Below are positions 1-14,369 of a stretch of DNA of 64,000 nucleotides, piece after piece (within the stretch, counting starts at the first letter, position 1; each line of letters begins with the position of its first letter). Location of the stretch: the NCBI RefSeq assembly GCF_009914755.1, contig NC_060932.1; one strand, 5' to 3'. Source of the stretch: the human T2T-CHM13v2.0 reference genome, Homo sapiens. The notes beneath the pieces are model-generated. The model saw only the letters and a program-made list of their open reading frames with translations, was not told the origin of the DNA and searched no databases. The translations under genes and the position numbers were made by a program.

Positions 1-396
1 TTGGCCAGATTTAGCATAAACAGACTATAAATACAATGGAAACCTATGCAACTAAAACTGCACTGTAGAGCAGAATTGACACCTTATGCAATTATGTACA
101 TATTTCCAACCTGTGTGATCTCAAAGATTTCAGTTTGTTACTCTTCTGGAGTCATTTTTACAAAGTGTATAGTAAGCCAGTTTAACATCTCAATGCATGT
201 TAGAACAACTGGACAGCCACATGCAAAAACAAGGAAACAAACCACAAATCTAGACACCCTACAACTTTCACAAAAATTAACTTAAATGATAGGTTATATA
301 TCTAATTGTAAAATGAAAGCCTATAAAGTTCTAGAAGATAACATAGAAGACAATCTAGGTGACTTTGGTTTTGGCAACGAGTTTTGAGATAAACAC

Positions 397-972
397 TGCA
401 GTAAATTCAATAATTCGGCTGTTGATTAAGGAAGAGGCAGGAACAGGAGAAGCAGTAACATGCAACAAGCTTTACTGAGCAGCTCTTAAGCAGAATTGCA
501 TGGGAGGAGAAGCTCCTCCCAGCAAGAGACTTCTCAGAGAAGACAAACACTATTAAAAAGGGCACCATCCAGAAAGGGAATAGGGCAAGGAACTCACTGG
601 AAGAAAAAGGGGATATTTAAGAGGGGGATATGTTTCTAGGCCATGTCCTGTAGCAATAAGGTGGGGAGTTTTGAGTAAGAGAGCTCCAAAAAACAGCAGT
701 GGTTTATAGTATTTTATACCTACAAGGTAGGTCTTAATTACGGTTAGCAGATGTTGAATGCAGTTTTACGGGGTATGCAAAGTAGACAGACTTTTTGAAA
801 ATATGTTTATTTTGACTATATTTAAAGCAACTGGATGTGTAAGAATTTGAGCTTAGTGCCTGTGGGATTTCAGCTAACAATCCTAGGCTGATATGAAGAG
901 ATAACAACTTGGGGGTGTTTAAAGTCAGTAAACAGTGGCCATCTTTAGTTTGTTTATATAAGAAACAGTACA
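397..972 (-). mobile_element. Solo ERV-type LTR, family not assigned
   Basis: ~575-bp block with TG...CA ends cleanly interrupting L1MC; on the minus strand a TATAAAA and a downstream AGTAAA poly(A)-like signal occur in LTR order. Confidence 0.55.
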
Positions 973-1663
973 AGTACACTCAATGAAAGAAAAATTGGTA
1001 ATTTTTATTTTAAAATTATTTTAAAATTTTAAAATTTTTTATTTTATTTTTATTTTAAAATTAAAATTTCTGCTCTGCAAAAGGCACTGTGAAGAGAATG
1101 AAAAGCCACAACCTGGAGGCTTGGAGAAAATATTTGCAAAACACATATCTGATAAATAACTTGTATCCAAAATAGGTAAAAACAAAACAACTCTTAAAAC
1201 TCAACATAAGAAAACAAAAAACCCAATTTCAAAATAGGCAAATGATCTAAACAGACACATAACCAAATAATATACATAAATGGCAACTAAGCGTATGTGA
1301 AAAGCTATTCAGTAGCATATGTCAATAGGAAATTGCAAATTAAAATGATGAGATACCACTGCGCATGTGTTAGAATGGCTAAAACCCAAAACACTGACAA
1401 CACCCAATGCTGATGAGGATGTGGAGCAACAGGAACTCCTAGTCATTGCTGGTGAAAATGAAAAATAGCAGAGTCACTTTGAAAGACACTGTGGCAGTTT
1501 CTTACAAAGCTAAACATAGTCTTACCATACAGTCCAGCAATTGTGCTCCTTGATACGTAACCAAATAAGCTGAAAACTTTTGTCTTCACAAAGACCTGTG
1601 CACAGTATTTATAACAGCTTTTATTCATAATTGCCAAGACTTAGAAGCAAGCAGAGTACCTTT

Positions 1664-3570
1664 AAATTTTTTTTATTTTGAATTTTTATGGAGATGTAAT
1701 ACTTGTACATATTTATGGGATACATGTACTATTTTAAAACATGCACACAATATCTAATTATCAAATCTGGTAATATCTAATGCCTCAAATATATATCATT
1801 TCTTTATGTTGGGAATGTACCAAATTTACTCATAATTATTTTAAAACACACAATAAATTATTGTTAACTGTAGTTGACCTACTGTGCTATAGGACACTAG
1901 AATTTATTCCTCGTATCTCCCTGTAATTTTATACCTATTATATCTCTCTGCCCACTAAGCTTCTCAGCCTCTGGTAACAGCCATTCTTTTCACTACCTTC
2001 ATGAGATCAATTTTTTAGCTCCCACATATGAGTCAGAATATGTGACATTTATCTTTGTGTGCCTGACTTATTTCACTTCACATAATGTCCTTTAGTTTCA
2101 TCTATGTTTTGCAAAGTACAGGATTTTATTTTTTTTTATGGTGGGACAATAGTCCGTTGTGTGTATATACCATATTTTCTTTATCCCATCATCTCTGATG
2201 GACACTTAGGTTGATTTCATATCTTGGCTATTGTGAAAAGTGCTACAAAAAACATGGGAGTTCAGATATCTCTTCGATATGTTGATATCCTTTCTTTTGG
2301 ATGTATAACCAATGGTGGAATTGCTGAATTACCTGGTAGTTCTAGTTTTAGTTTTGGAGAAATCTCCATACTTTAGTGGCTGTACTAATTTGCATTTCTG
2401 CCCACAATATATGAATATTTCCCTTTCTCCGCATCCTCATTAGTATTTGTTATTTTCTGTCTTTTTGATAATAGCCATTTTAACTTGGGTGAGTGATACT
2501 TATTTGTGGTTTTGATTTGCATTTCCCTGACGATTAGTGATTTTGAGCATTTTTTCATATACGTGTTGTCCATTTGTATGTCTTCTTTTTAGAAATATCT
2601 ATTCAAATCTTTTGCCATTTTTAATTGAATTATTTGTGTTTCTGCTATTGAGTTGTTTCAGTTTCTTATGTATTCTAGTTATCAATCCCTTGGCAGTTAA
2701 ATAGTGTGCAAATATTCTCCTATTCTGTAGGTTGTCTCTTTGCTTTGTTGATTGATTTCTTTGCTGTGCAGAGCTTTTAAGGAAGAAGTAAAATTGTCTT
2801 TCTTTGCAGGCAGTATAATCTTATATTTAGGAAAACCTAAAGACTCCACCACAAAACTATTAGAACTGATAAATGAATTCAGTGAAGTTGCAGGATACAA
2901 AGTCAACGTATGAAAATCAGTAGCATTTTAATATGCCAACAGCAAATGATCTGAAAACAAAATCAAGAAAGCAATCCTGTTTACAATAGCTATAGAAAAA
3001 AAGTACTTAGGAGTAGACTTAACCAAAGAAGTGAAAGATCTTTACAAGGAAAACTATAAAACACTGATGAAAGAAATTGAAGAGGGCACACAAAAAATGG
3101 AAAGATATCCCATGTCCACAGATTGGAAGAATCAATATTGTTAAAATATCAATACTACTCAAAGCAATCTACAGAATCAATGCAATCCCTATCAAAATAC
3201 CAGTGACATTCATCATGGAAATAGGACAAACAATCCTGAAATTCATATGGAACCACAAAAGGTCCTGAATAACTGAAGAAATCCTGAGCAGAAAGAAAAA
3301 AGCAGGAGGCTGTTCTTGTTTGCTGTTGGCATATAAAAATACTACCAATTTTTGTATTCAAAATGCTACTGATCTTTCATTTTCATCATATTACCTGACC
3401 TCAAGTTATACTACAAGCTGGGTGTGGTGGCTTGGACCTATAGTCCCAGATACTTGGGGGCTGAGTTGGGAGGAAAACTTGAGCCCAGGAGTTCAGGGCT
3501 GCAGTGAGCAATGATCATGCCACTGGACTCCAGCCTGGATGACAGGGAAACAGGGAAAGACTCCACCTCT

Positions 3571-3614
<44 letters not shown>

Positions 3615-4003
3615 TATAAAACTATAATAACCAGAACATCATGGTACTGACATAAAAACAGACACATAGACCAATGGAACAGAATAGAGAACCAAGAAAT
3701 AAATCCATATATCTATAGTCAACTCATTTTTGACAAAGGCACCAAGAATGTACAATGGGGAAAGGACAGTCTCTTAAATAAATGATTCTGGAAAACCGGA
3801 TATCCATATGCAGAAGAAAGAAACTGGACCCCTATCTCTTACCATACACAAAAATAAAATCAAAATGGATTAATCCTTTAAATGTAAGACCTGAAACTAT
3901 GAAACTACTAAAATAAAACATTGGGAAAATGTTTTCCCAATGCTTCAGGACTTTGGTCTGAACAATGATTTCTTGAATAAGAACTCAAAAGCATAAATAA
4001 CCA
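1664..4003 (-). mobile_element. L1MA-family LINE-1 with 5' inversion (minus-strand 3' part 1664-2778; inverted ORF2 part 2779-4003)
   Basis: Minus-strand L1MA 3' UTR/ORF2 end joined at 2778/2779 to plus-strand degenerate ORF2 (KEEVKLS..., ORF 3077-3268 KWKDIPC..GRINIVK); degraded TSD aagcagagtaccttt (1649-1663) / aagcagaatgccctt (4004-4018). Confidence 0.8.
3417..3612 (+). mobile_element. Alu monomer (FRAM/FAM-like) with (CA)n tail
   Basis: gctgggtgtggtggc...cccaggagttc...ctgcagtgagc...ccagcctgg followed by (CA)n at ~3573-3610. Confidence 0.8.
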
Positions 4004-5779
4004 AAGCAGAATGCCCTTCAATAGGTGAATGGATGAACAAACTGTGGTATGTCCATACAATAGAATGTTATTCAGCAATAAAAAAAAAAGCTATGTGTCA
4101 ATCCATGTAAAGAAAAGCCAGGAAGCTGAAGTGCATATTACTAAGTGAAAAAAAAAATCTGTAAAGGCAACATATTGTATGATTCCAACTACCTGACATT
4201 CTAGAAAAGAAAAACTATAGAGACAGTAAAAATATCAGTGATTGCCAAAGGTTTGGGGTTGCAGGGAGGAATGAATAGGTAATCCACAAGGAGTTTTTAG
4301 GACAATGTAACTATTCTGAATGATACTATAATGATGGATACATGGCATTATTTATTTGTCAAAACCCATAGAATGTACAACACAAAAAGTTGAACTCTGA
4401 TGCAAACTATGTTTTAGTTAATCATGTAATTAATTTAGTAAACTATGATTTTAATTAACAATAATATATCAATATTGGCTCATCAATTGTAACATATGTA
4501 CCACACTAATGCAAGATGTTAATAATATGGAAAGTGAGCAGGAAACAGGGATATATGAGAAATATCTGTACCATCTGGTCAATTTTCTGTAAACCTAAGA
4601 CTACTCTAAAAACTAAAGTCTATTGATTAAGAAAAAAGTGTGTTCTGCATATGTGAATAGTACAGAAGCAGAAAAAAAGATGATAGCCATTAAACCATTT
4701 TGTAGGCATATTATTTTTTAATGCCAAATATGCTCATCACTTGATTCCTTATTTTTGTCCATGAACTCATTTTACCTTAGTAACCTCAGCTGTCTTGGCA
4801 CAAATTATTTAGAGGGTAGAGGAGTGGAGGCCAAGCTCTTAGCATGTGCTGCTCCTGGTGGGTCTATGGAAGGAAAGGCATACACTGGGGCAGAGAGCTA
4901 GTTTCTGTACTTCAAAGTTAAGAACTAGAGCCTAGAGAGGAAAATACTTTGAATTAAAAGTTTTCATAAGGATGCATCTTACGAAATAAATATTTCAAAA
5001 TCAATGGCTTTGCTATATGTCAGCAATAATTAAATATATATTGGAAGTCCCAAAAAGATGGCAAAACAGCATTGGCTTTTGGCTCTTTCCCCCATCCTAG
5101 CAATGGAAATGTCACAGAGCAAAAAACAAAGGGTATGGATATGAAGAGCGAAAGCATGACTGTGAAGAAACTTCTGGGAAGAGAGGGTCATGTGTGAACC
5201 AGTGTGAAAATAGTAACAGCCTGATGAGATTGGAGTAAAAAGGGAAATCAAATTAGGAACGGGTAAAGATTTTGAATTTTTACTTTCACTCATGGCTTTG
5301 GGTGCAGACTCTTCTCTTGCCTCCTCACCACTGCAGGACAGAAATGTAATAGTGACAGCCCCGGCCACCAAAAAGCAAAGTGCAAAAGTGGGCTGCTCCA
5401 GTCTGCAAAAAAGGAGCAGGATGGTAACAGGGGAAGTTAACAAGAACTGAATGACTGGTCAGTCCCTGAGCTACCCTTCACTCCCTGTCTTCCTTGTACT
5501 TCAAAGTTAAGAAATTAAAGCCAAGAGAGGAAAGGTCTTTGAATAAAGAAATTCCTGAGACAAAATTATTAATTCCCAGAAAAGCAGGAATCCCTAGAGA
5601 GGAAAAAACAAATAAAGGTGGTCAAGTGCAGCTGGCGATGCTCTGGCTCTCTGAATCAGTGTATGCCTTTCCTGCCATAGACCCACCAGGAGCAGCACAT
5701 GTTATGACCTTGGCCTCCACTCCTCTACCCCATAAATAATCTTAGCTGAGAGAGCTTGGGCTACAGAGGTAAAATGGGT

Positions 5780-7500
<1,721 letters not shown>

Positions 7501-8467
7501 AGGGATACTGGTTAAAACTGCTTCGACAGTAGATACCAATCCTCCCCTTTCTTTAACATTTGCAAGAACTGAAACACTGATGGTTTCCACAGTCACTGAG
7601 AGTGTCTTTCTTCAGTTTGGACCCTGCTGCTCTACATCCAATAGAAATTCCCCCAAGATTGTAGCGTATTTCCAACATTAGTGCTCAAATCACCATTCAC
7701 GCGTAAATTCTGCCTCTTGTTTGTAATTTATGCCCTGTTTCCCTTGTGGATTTTGGAGCAGCAATATTTACAAGCCACTATATGGAAAATGCTAGCCTAC
7801 GTTTGGTACAGGTTTCTCATTTCTTACAAGCCTTACTCCATGCTCAATACTCCAGGTATGATATGATCTGGCTGCAAGGACTCATACAGTTTCTGGGCTT
7901 TTACTTGGAATCCTTCTCATTCATCTCCTGCCTCATCAGCGTATGGGAGGAACTTCTCTACTTTTCCCCACCTTCCACACTCATGTGCATGGAAAAGAAA
8001 ATTCAGACTATAACTCACTAACGTCCTTGTATTTAGTCTTGTTTTCCAACGTGAAGAATTTTCTCCTTAAAGACTCCGATTTCTGCAATAATGTATTGAC
8101 CTCAACATTCAGCTCAGATCTTATTCTCTATATGCAGTCCACACCCTGATTCCTCAACAGCCTGGCTTTAGCATTAAGTCACTTCTAATTTTCAGACTCA
8201 AGCCTGCTGTTTCCAGAAGAAAAAAAACTCAAGAAATTTATATGCTGATGGAATATAGAAAAAAGCTAACATTGTTAGATGTTTCAACTATAAAGTTTTC
8301 TTGACGTGTAAGATTTTTAAATCTAGAGTATGCTGTCAAGATGAGAACATTTATGGAAGAGAAGCTTAAGAGAAAAGAAATGCATTTCCGCTTTTTAAAA
8401 CGTGATTGAGTTTATTGAATTAGTAATTTTTTTTAGAAACAGTAAAGAGAAAAACATTTGTTACCAA

Positions 8468-8596
8468 TACAGTGGAAAGAGCAGGGACTTGGCGTTGATA
8501 TGGATTCAAGTGTTGGCTCTGCTCTTTGTAAGAAATATTCCGGTGAATTTCTCAACTTTGATTTTCTTCTCTGTTTAATAGAAATATTAGGATTAT
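8468..8596 (+). mobile_element. MIR fragment
   Basis: cagtggaaagagcagggacttgg...ggattcaag...ggctctgc core-like sequence. Confidence 0.5.
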
Positions 8597-8898
8597 AGCT
8601 GGGCGTGGTGGCTCACACCTGTTATCCCAGCACTTTGAGAAGCTGAAGAGGAAGGATGGCTTGAGCTCAGGAGTTTGAGACCAGCTTGGGCCTCATAGCG
8701 AGACCCTGTCTCAACAAAACATCAAAAAATTAGCCAGATGTGAAAGTTTGTGCCTGTAGTCCCAGCTACATGGGAGGCTGAAGTGAGAGGATCACTTGAG
8801 CCTAGGAGGTTGAGTCTGTAGCGAGCCATGATGGCACCACTGCACTCTAGCCCCAGCAACAGAGTGCGACCCTGCCCTAAAAAATAAATTAAATAAAT
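8597..8898 (+). mobile_element. AluJ
   Basis: ggatggcttgagctcaggagtttgag J-type diagnostics; degraded TSD gaaatattaggatta / ggaatattagcatta. Confidence 0.9.
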
Positions 8899-10720
8899 AA
8901 GGAATATTAGCATTATTATAAGTTCTCAATGGAATAATCTCCTCAGAAAGTCTTAGCCCCACCCCACCTAGATTAGGGGTTCCTCTTGCTTTTTTCTCTG
9001 CACAGCACACATAGCTCTCATCTAGGGCACTGTATTTTAATTATCTGTTCATGTTGTATTGTCCATCCCAAAGGACAATAACCCACTTTGATGAGTTTTC
9101 TTAGTCACCTTCATATTTTCTATGCCGGGTGCAAAGTTTGGAGGATCACAGGTTTTTAGATATGTTAGCAGACTTAAAATAAACTGATACAAGGAAGAGC
9201 CCTCTGTAAACTGCAAGCACCATGAGAAAGAATGGCTATATTATTTTCCTCCTTTAACTGAAATTACAGTAGCATTGCATTCCTAAATGTGGTGACCTTG
9301 TGATTTTTATTGCAGATGGCATATCTTTGAAGATGTGAATTTTTTTATCTCTTCATGGAAACTGCAGCCCATATTTCAGAACACATTTACATCCCAGATT
9401 TTAGTGTTAGAAAAAAGTGTATGTAAGGTTAGTTTTAAGAGACTTAATACAGTGAATTAAGGGTAATATATAATTCTGTATTTCAAAGAATATTTGTCCC
9501 CATTAGGACTTTTACAAAACTGGATTCATAAAAAGTTACAAACCACCATCATATAGAGGAAGAACCACCTTTATTTCCAAGGGTTTCTGTCCAGTGACTG
9601 ATAAAGCTGGAAACAGTTACCATGAACTCCTATTCCTAGATACCAATCACCAGAAACCACTTTCTTCTTGAGCAAGTCCTCTACTAAGGGTTCATTTATT
9701 CCATGTTCAGTACCGTGATTTCAAGGCCCGGAATGTAAAGCCAATCACAGGATTTTCATCAAAAGTTTACTTCTGGACACCAGCCGTCAATGTTCAAGGT
9801 CTAGAATTCTACCACCTTTTGAATTTGGGGTGGTGCCCAACACTGATTCTGGGCACAAAATTGATACAAATTGTCCAGGCTAAGAGTTCTTTCAAGGACC
9901 CCTAAGAGTTGCCATGGGAGCTGGAGGGCTCTGGGAATCAGGATGGAGAGGGCACCGCCACGCACCCTTCCACCCGCACCCCAGCCAGAACACAAGCGGT
10001 TAATCGGCTGCTGGCCAAGCCAGCCTTTTTCTTTAGCTAGTGTTTTGGTTTCCTAGGGGCTCTCTGAGCAACTTCCTCATTGGCACTGGTTCTCTGAGGA
10101 GGCTAATAACATCACTTACAAGTCTAAGCCACAGCCGCTGAGCACTGGTCCCTTCCCATGTACGACTGGTGACTTGACGACAAGTATTTGGCAGGGTCTG
10201 GGCCCAGTGGAGCCGAGTGGACTCCATGTCGGCTCCTTGGCTGTTGCTATTTCAGGGGCTTTCCACAGAACTTTTCCCTACTGTTGAATATGCAGAGCAA
10301 AGGGGAGAGACGCAGATGAGATAGGAAATAAGCCAGGAACCCCAGCAACATGGAAGGGAGTATTTCATGAAGGACACATGCCATGAATGTTTCTGAATCA
10401 TTCTGGAAATCATAGGACTGTGAAAAAGAAAAGACCTGAGAGATCTCATACTGACTCCCTTGTAGGGATCAGAGACACTGCCTGTTACATTTAAGATCTC
10501 GCAACCAGTTAGCAGCACTGCTGAGCTGGAACGCTGAATTTCTGGCTCCAGGGAAGCCTCCTTTCTGTTCTCTTTGCTGGATGAAAAGCTTAAATGCTGT
10601 CCTCTATCTGTCCAAAGTGAGACAGCATTCTAGAAATGCACACCTTTTAAAAATCAACATGACAAATATGAAAACATGGCACTGTTATAGTTTCAGTTTT
10701 TCTCATATTAAGATAAGGCT

Positions 10721-11026
10721 GGCTAGTGTGGTGGCTCATGCTTGTAATTCCAGCACTTTGGGAGGTGGAGACCAGAGGATCTCTTGAGGCGAAGGGGGTT
10801 TGAGACCAGCCTGGGCAACAAAGCGAGAACCTGCATCTACAAAGGAGAATTTAAGTTGGGTGTGATGGTGTGCACCTATAGTCCCAGCTACTTGGGAGGC
10901 TGAGGTGGGAGAATCACTTGAGCCAAGGAATTCAAGGTTACAGTGAGCTATGATCACTGCACTCCAGCCTGGGTGACAGAGCAAGACCCTGTCTCTGAAA
11001 ATTAAAAAAAGTAAAAATATTTTTAA
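10721..11026 (+). mobile_element. AluJ
   Basis: Dimeric Alu with J features (ctatgatc, gcaagaccctgtctc); TSD aagataaggct / aagataaagct. Confidence 0.9.
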
Positions 11027-11522
11027 AAGATAAAGCTGTCCTTGCAATGATAACAAAAGAAGAAAGGTCAAATACCATCCTCGAGATGGCCCTTGTATAG
11101 TAACTCTAAATCTTCCAAATTCTCCTGGGTGCCATCCACAGGGTGCCTGAGAAAAATTATCAACTGCAAGAAAAATGCCTCCCTATTGAATTTCTCTTAC
11201 TGACTATTTTTCTAAACTGGGTGCCACACAGTCCTTCTTAGGAAAGTTAATGCTACCTTGCTTCTCCTTCAGCTGTGTAATTCTCCCTTTTAAAATGCAA
11301 AGAAAAAGAAAAAGAGCGTGGTGTGTGTGTTATGTTCCTGATGTTAGAACTAGAAGACCTCTGATTTCATTGCCCAGTGTTATTTACAATGTGTGCCTTC
11401 TTTTCTCAGGAACTTTTAAGAATATGGTAGATTTGGGGCTTTGATAATAGGGCCAAAGGCAGGAAGGTTTCCATAGAGTCGTTTTTTCTATTCTTTAAGG
11501 TACCGAAAAAAGTTCAAAGAGG

Positions 11523-11712
11523 TAGGATTGCCAGATTTAGCAAGTAAAAATAAAGAATATGCAGTTAAATTTAACTTTCATTAAACAATGAATATTTTTA
11601 GTATATGTATGTCCTATGCAATATTTGGTACATGCTTATAGTAAGAAAATATTCGTTGTTTATCTGAAATTAAAATGTAATTGAGGGTCCTGAATTTTAT
11701 CTGGCAACCCGA
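11523..11712. mobile_element. MER53 hAT-family MITE (palindromic)
   Basis: TIRs taggattgccagat...atctggcaaccc, ~190 bp, internal inverted symmetry (aacaatgaatattttt / aaaatattcgttgttt). Confidence 0.85.
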
Positions 11713-11815
11713 GAGGGAGGGAGAGAAGAAGGAAGAGAGAAAGAGAGAGGAGACAGACAGAGAGAGAGAGAGAGAAGGAAGAACAAGGATGGGGAGAAGG
11801 AGGAGGAAGAAGAAT
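11711..11815 (+). repeat. GA-rich polypurine simple repeat
   Basis: gagagggagggagagaagaagg...(GA)n. Confidence 0.85.
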
Positions 11816-12709
11816 AAACAACAATGATAATAGTATCCTTCAGAGAGAAAAATCAGCATCAAATTACAAGATCAGTTCCCAGTATTGTGGCTTGTCCCCT
11901 TGACAAAGACGCAGAAGAGAACTTTTATCCACCAAAGTGGTGCTCAGGTAATGCATGATTAAGAAACCAAACAAAACAAAAAACAAAAAAACCCCACAGA
12001 TCCTACTTGACACTTTGTTCCATTAATTCATTCAAAACCACTTCTGTATTACCTGGCAGGGCATTGTGGGGGTAGGTGGTGAGGAATTACTTTTCAAAGA
12101 TAATTAATTTTCTACTCTTCAAAAGCTCACCAATCCTAAGTGCCATGAGAAAAATAAAAGCAACCTGACATAGAGCTAGGACACAAGGAAGACACACCTC
12201 GTTAGAGGGAATGGGAATGTTTATGTAGAAGACACATCTGCCATCCACCTTGAAAGATTGTGTTGCATCTGAGCCGTTGTCATACGAGGTCGTTTCTGAT
12301 CTTTCTAAAATGTTGGCTTCATAGTGGGGCTGCTCGGGGGCAGGGGATCCTCCCATCAGGAGCAGCTAGCGAGAGGCAGAAGAGCCCATGGGTAGAGCAG
12401 GTTACCAGCCAGTGGCCATCCCGGATGAGAAGGTGGGAGGGCATGATCAGGTCATGTCACCTGGTATTTGAGGACAACCCTGAACGTTAACTCTGCTTGC
12501 ATCAGCTTGTATCGCTCCAGAAACAGTATTCCTTAAATGCACCTTTTCCACAAGTCATATTATTTGCCTATATTAATAGTCCATGACTTGGCCATTTTCA
12601 CATGAACACACATAGTAACTGTTCAAGATTAAAGGCAAGAGGAAAATCACTAATTAATCACAGTATCTGGGTAGTGGTTTAAATTTTCTTTTCCAGGAAT
12701 AACACCCCC

Positions 12710-13000
12710 CCCATTTTATTTAATATGTAATAAGTATTATACATGTGTTAAATATTATAATATTCTTGTATGTAATAAATAACATATATAGCCAATTTAT
12801 ATATACTATACACAGTGAATAATGTAGTAAATATATATTGTAAAAATGTTGACTATATTATATACTATAATATTTTATTATACACTATAGTATTCAATCG
12901 TCTTTATACATAGTAAATAAAATTAGAAAATTTGCTTCCTGCAATAATATATTATATGAAACATTATTAAGTATAATATATATATAAACACACACATCAG
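12710..13000. repeat. AT-rich low-complexity tract
   Basis: Degenerate (TA)n/TATTA blocks with very few G/C. Confidence 0.7.
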
Positions 13001-14369
13001 TAAAATTGATACAATCAGAGCTGACTTCTATAAATAAGGTAATATTATCTCTCCAAGTTCATCAGCCTCGTTCTCGTAAATAGAGCACATTTTTGCTGAG
13101 AATATCTGGTAAATTTCAAATATGGAAGAAATCAGAAGTCTCATGTAAAACTGCATAAGAATAATTTCTGGTTCTTCTGTCTTTCCTTTTTAAAGAAAAC
13201 CAGATCTTTATTATGGCTCACAAAGCCAGCCATTCCCAGGCCTTCAATGATATAATGAAATCAAGAATTTGACATCTTGTTCATATAAAGACCCCAAAAT
13301 ACCAAAAAGGTCTCATATTTCCAGAGGCTAGATTTAAAAATGAATCCTTCTCCAGAAATATATAGTATCATAACAATTTTAGGCCAGAAACACAAAATAC
13401 ATGCTAAAAATGAAAAACACAGTAATCAATTCTTAATAATATACTGAGGGGAAAAAAGGCAATTATCAGATGTTACACACTTCGAGGAAAAAACAAATGG
13501 GAAAGGGTCCAAGGACTGGTTTATGCTTTAACTCTCTATAGATTTTAGGCATAGATGGAAGAAATTGAAGCTTTTATGAAAACGGCCACAGTCAACAGAA
13601 AAACTTGCACAATGCTTATTTATTTGTGTAACCCAAACGGCCCCGGACATCAGCAGGCTTCAAGTGCATGCAAGTAAGGACATGCAACATGAATGTCCAA
13701 ATGGAATCAGCTCCAAGCCTTCCCCAACCAAGGCAGGGCTTCACCCCCTGGCATCTCCAGGGAGACGCCCCGCTAGTGTTCCCATATGACTGGTTCAGCT
13801 CCACTGGTGCCCGCCTTAGCCCTGTTGCATGCCTGCTCATATCTCCTACCGACAGCGCTGCCTTGGAGAACCTCCGCACTGTACCGTTTGGAACAGGCAT
13901 TTGGAAAGTCTGGTAATGATGTCCAACAGCACCACCTCCCCATGCTCAGAGCTGCTGATCTTTGAAGTGCCCCCAGTGGCTCCGGAGCAGAAATGAAAGA
14001 GTTGGCCAGGAGGAGACAGGCAGCATATGTGGACTTTGAAGCCAGGAGTGTCACCAGCTCTGCTCTGCTCGCTTGCCGACCCCAAAGTAGACTTCTCTCC
14101 CCAGCCCTCAGAGTGGGCAACATCCCCTGCCCCACCTCCACCTTCTTCACCCTCCGAACACTCTGCTCTTTTCCTTTGTAAAAATGATTTGATGCCTAAT
14201 TAATGATACAAACTTTACAGCATCCGTATCTTAATTAGGCCTCTTCCCTAACACCTAGCACAATGCATGGGAGAAATTAGGTGTCTAATGAATGTTTAGA
14301 GAACAAATGAATGAATATTTTTCCTGGAGATAAGTCCCTAAATTTTTACAGCTAAATGCTTTCTCATAA

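Larger units (their letters stand above)
200..4640 (+). mobile_element. L1MC1-like old LINE-1 (ORF2 3' part plus 3' UTR), fragmented by an LTR (397-972) and an L1MA (1664-4003)
   Basis: Typical L1MC segments at 200-396, 975-1660 and 4010-4640 (e.g. ggagaaaatatttgcaaaacacatatctgataa; gatgtggagcaacaggaactc; gtaaacctaagactactctaaaaactaaagtctatt + A-rich end) that are colinear once the inserts are removed. Confidence 0.8.

Noticed and set aside
1000-1070. AT-only quasi-palindrome in L1MC
   Set aside because: Low-complexity expansion of ttaaaatt units; symmetry is expected from composition
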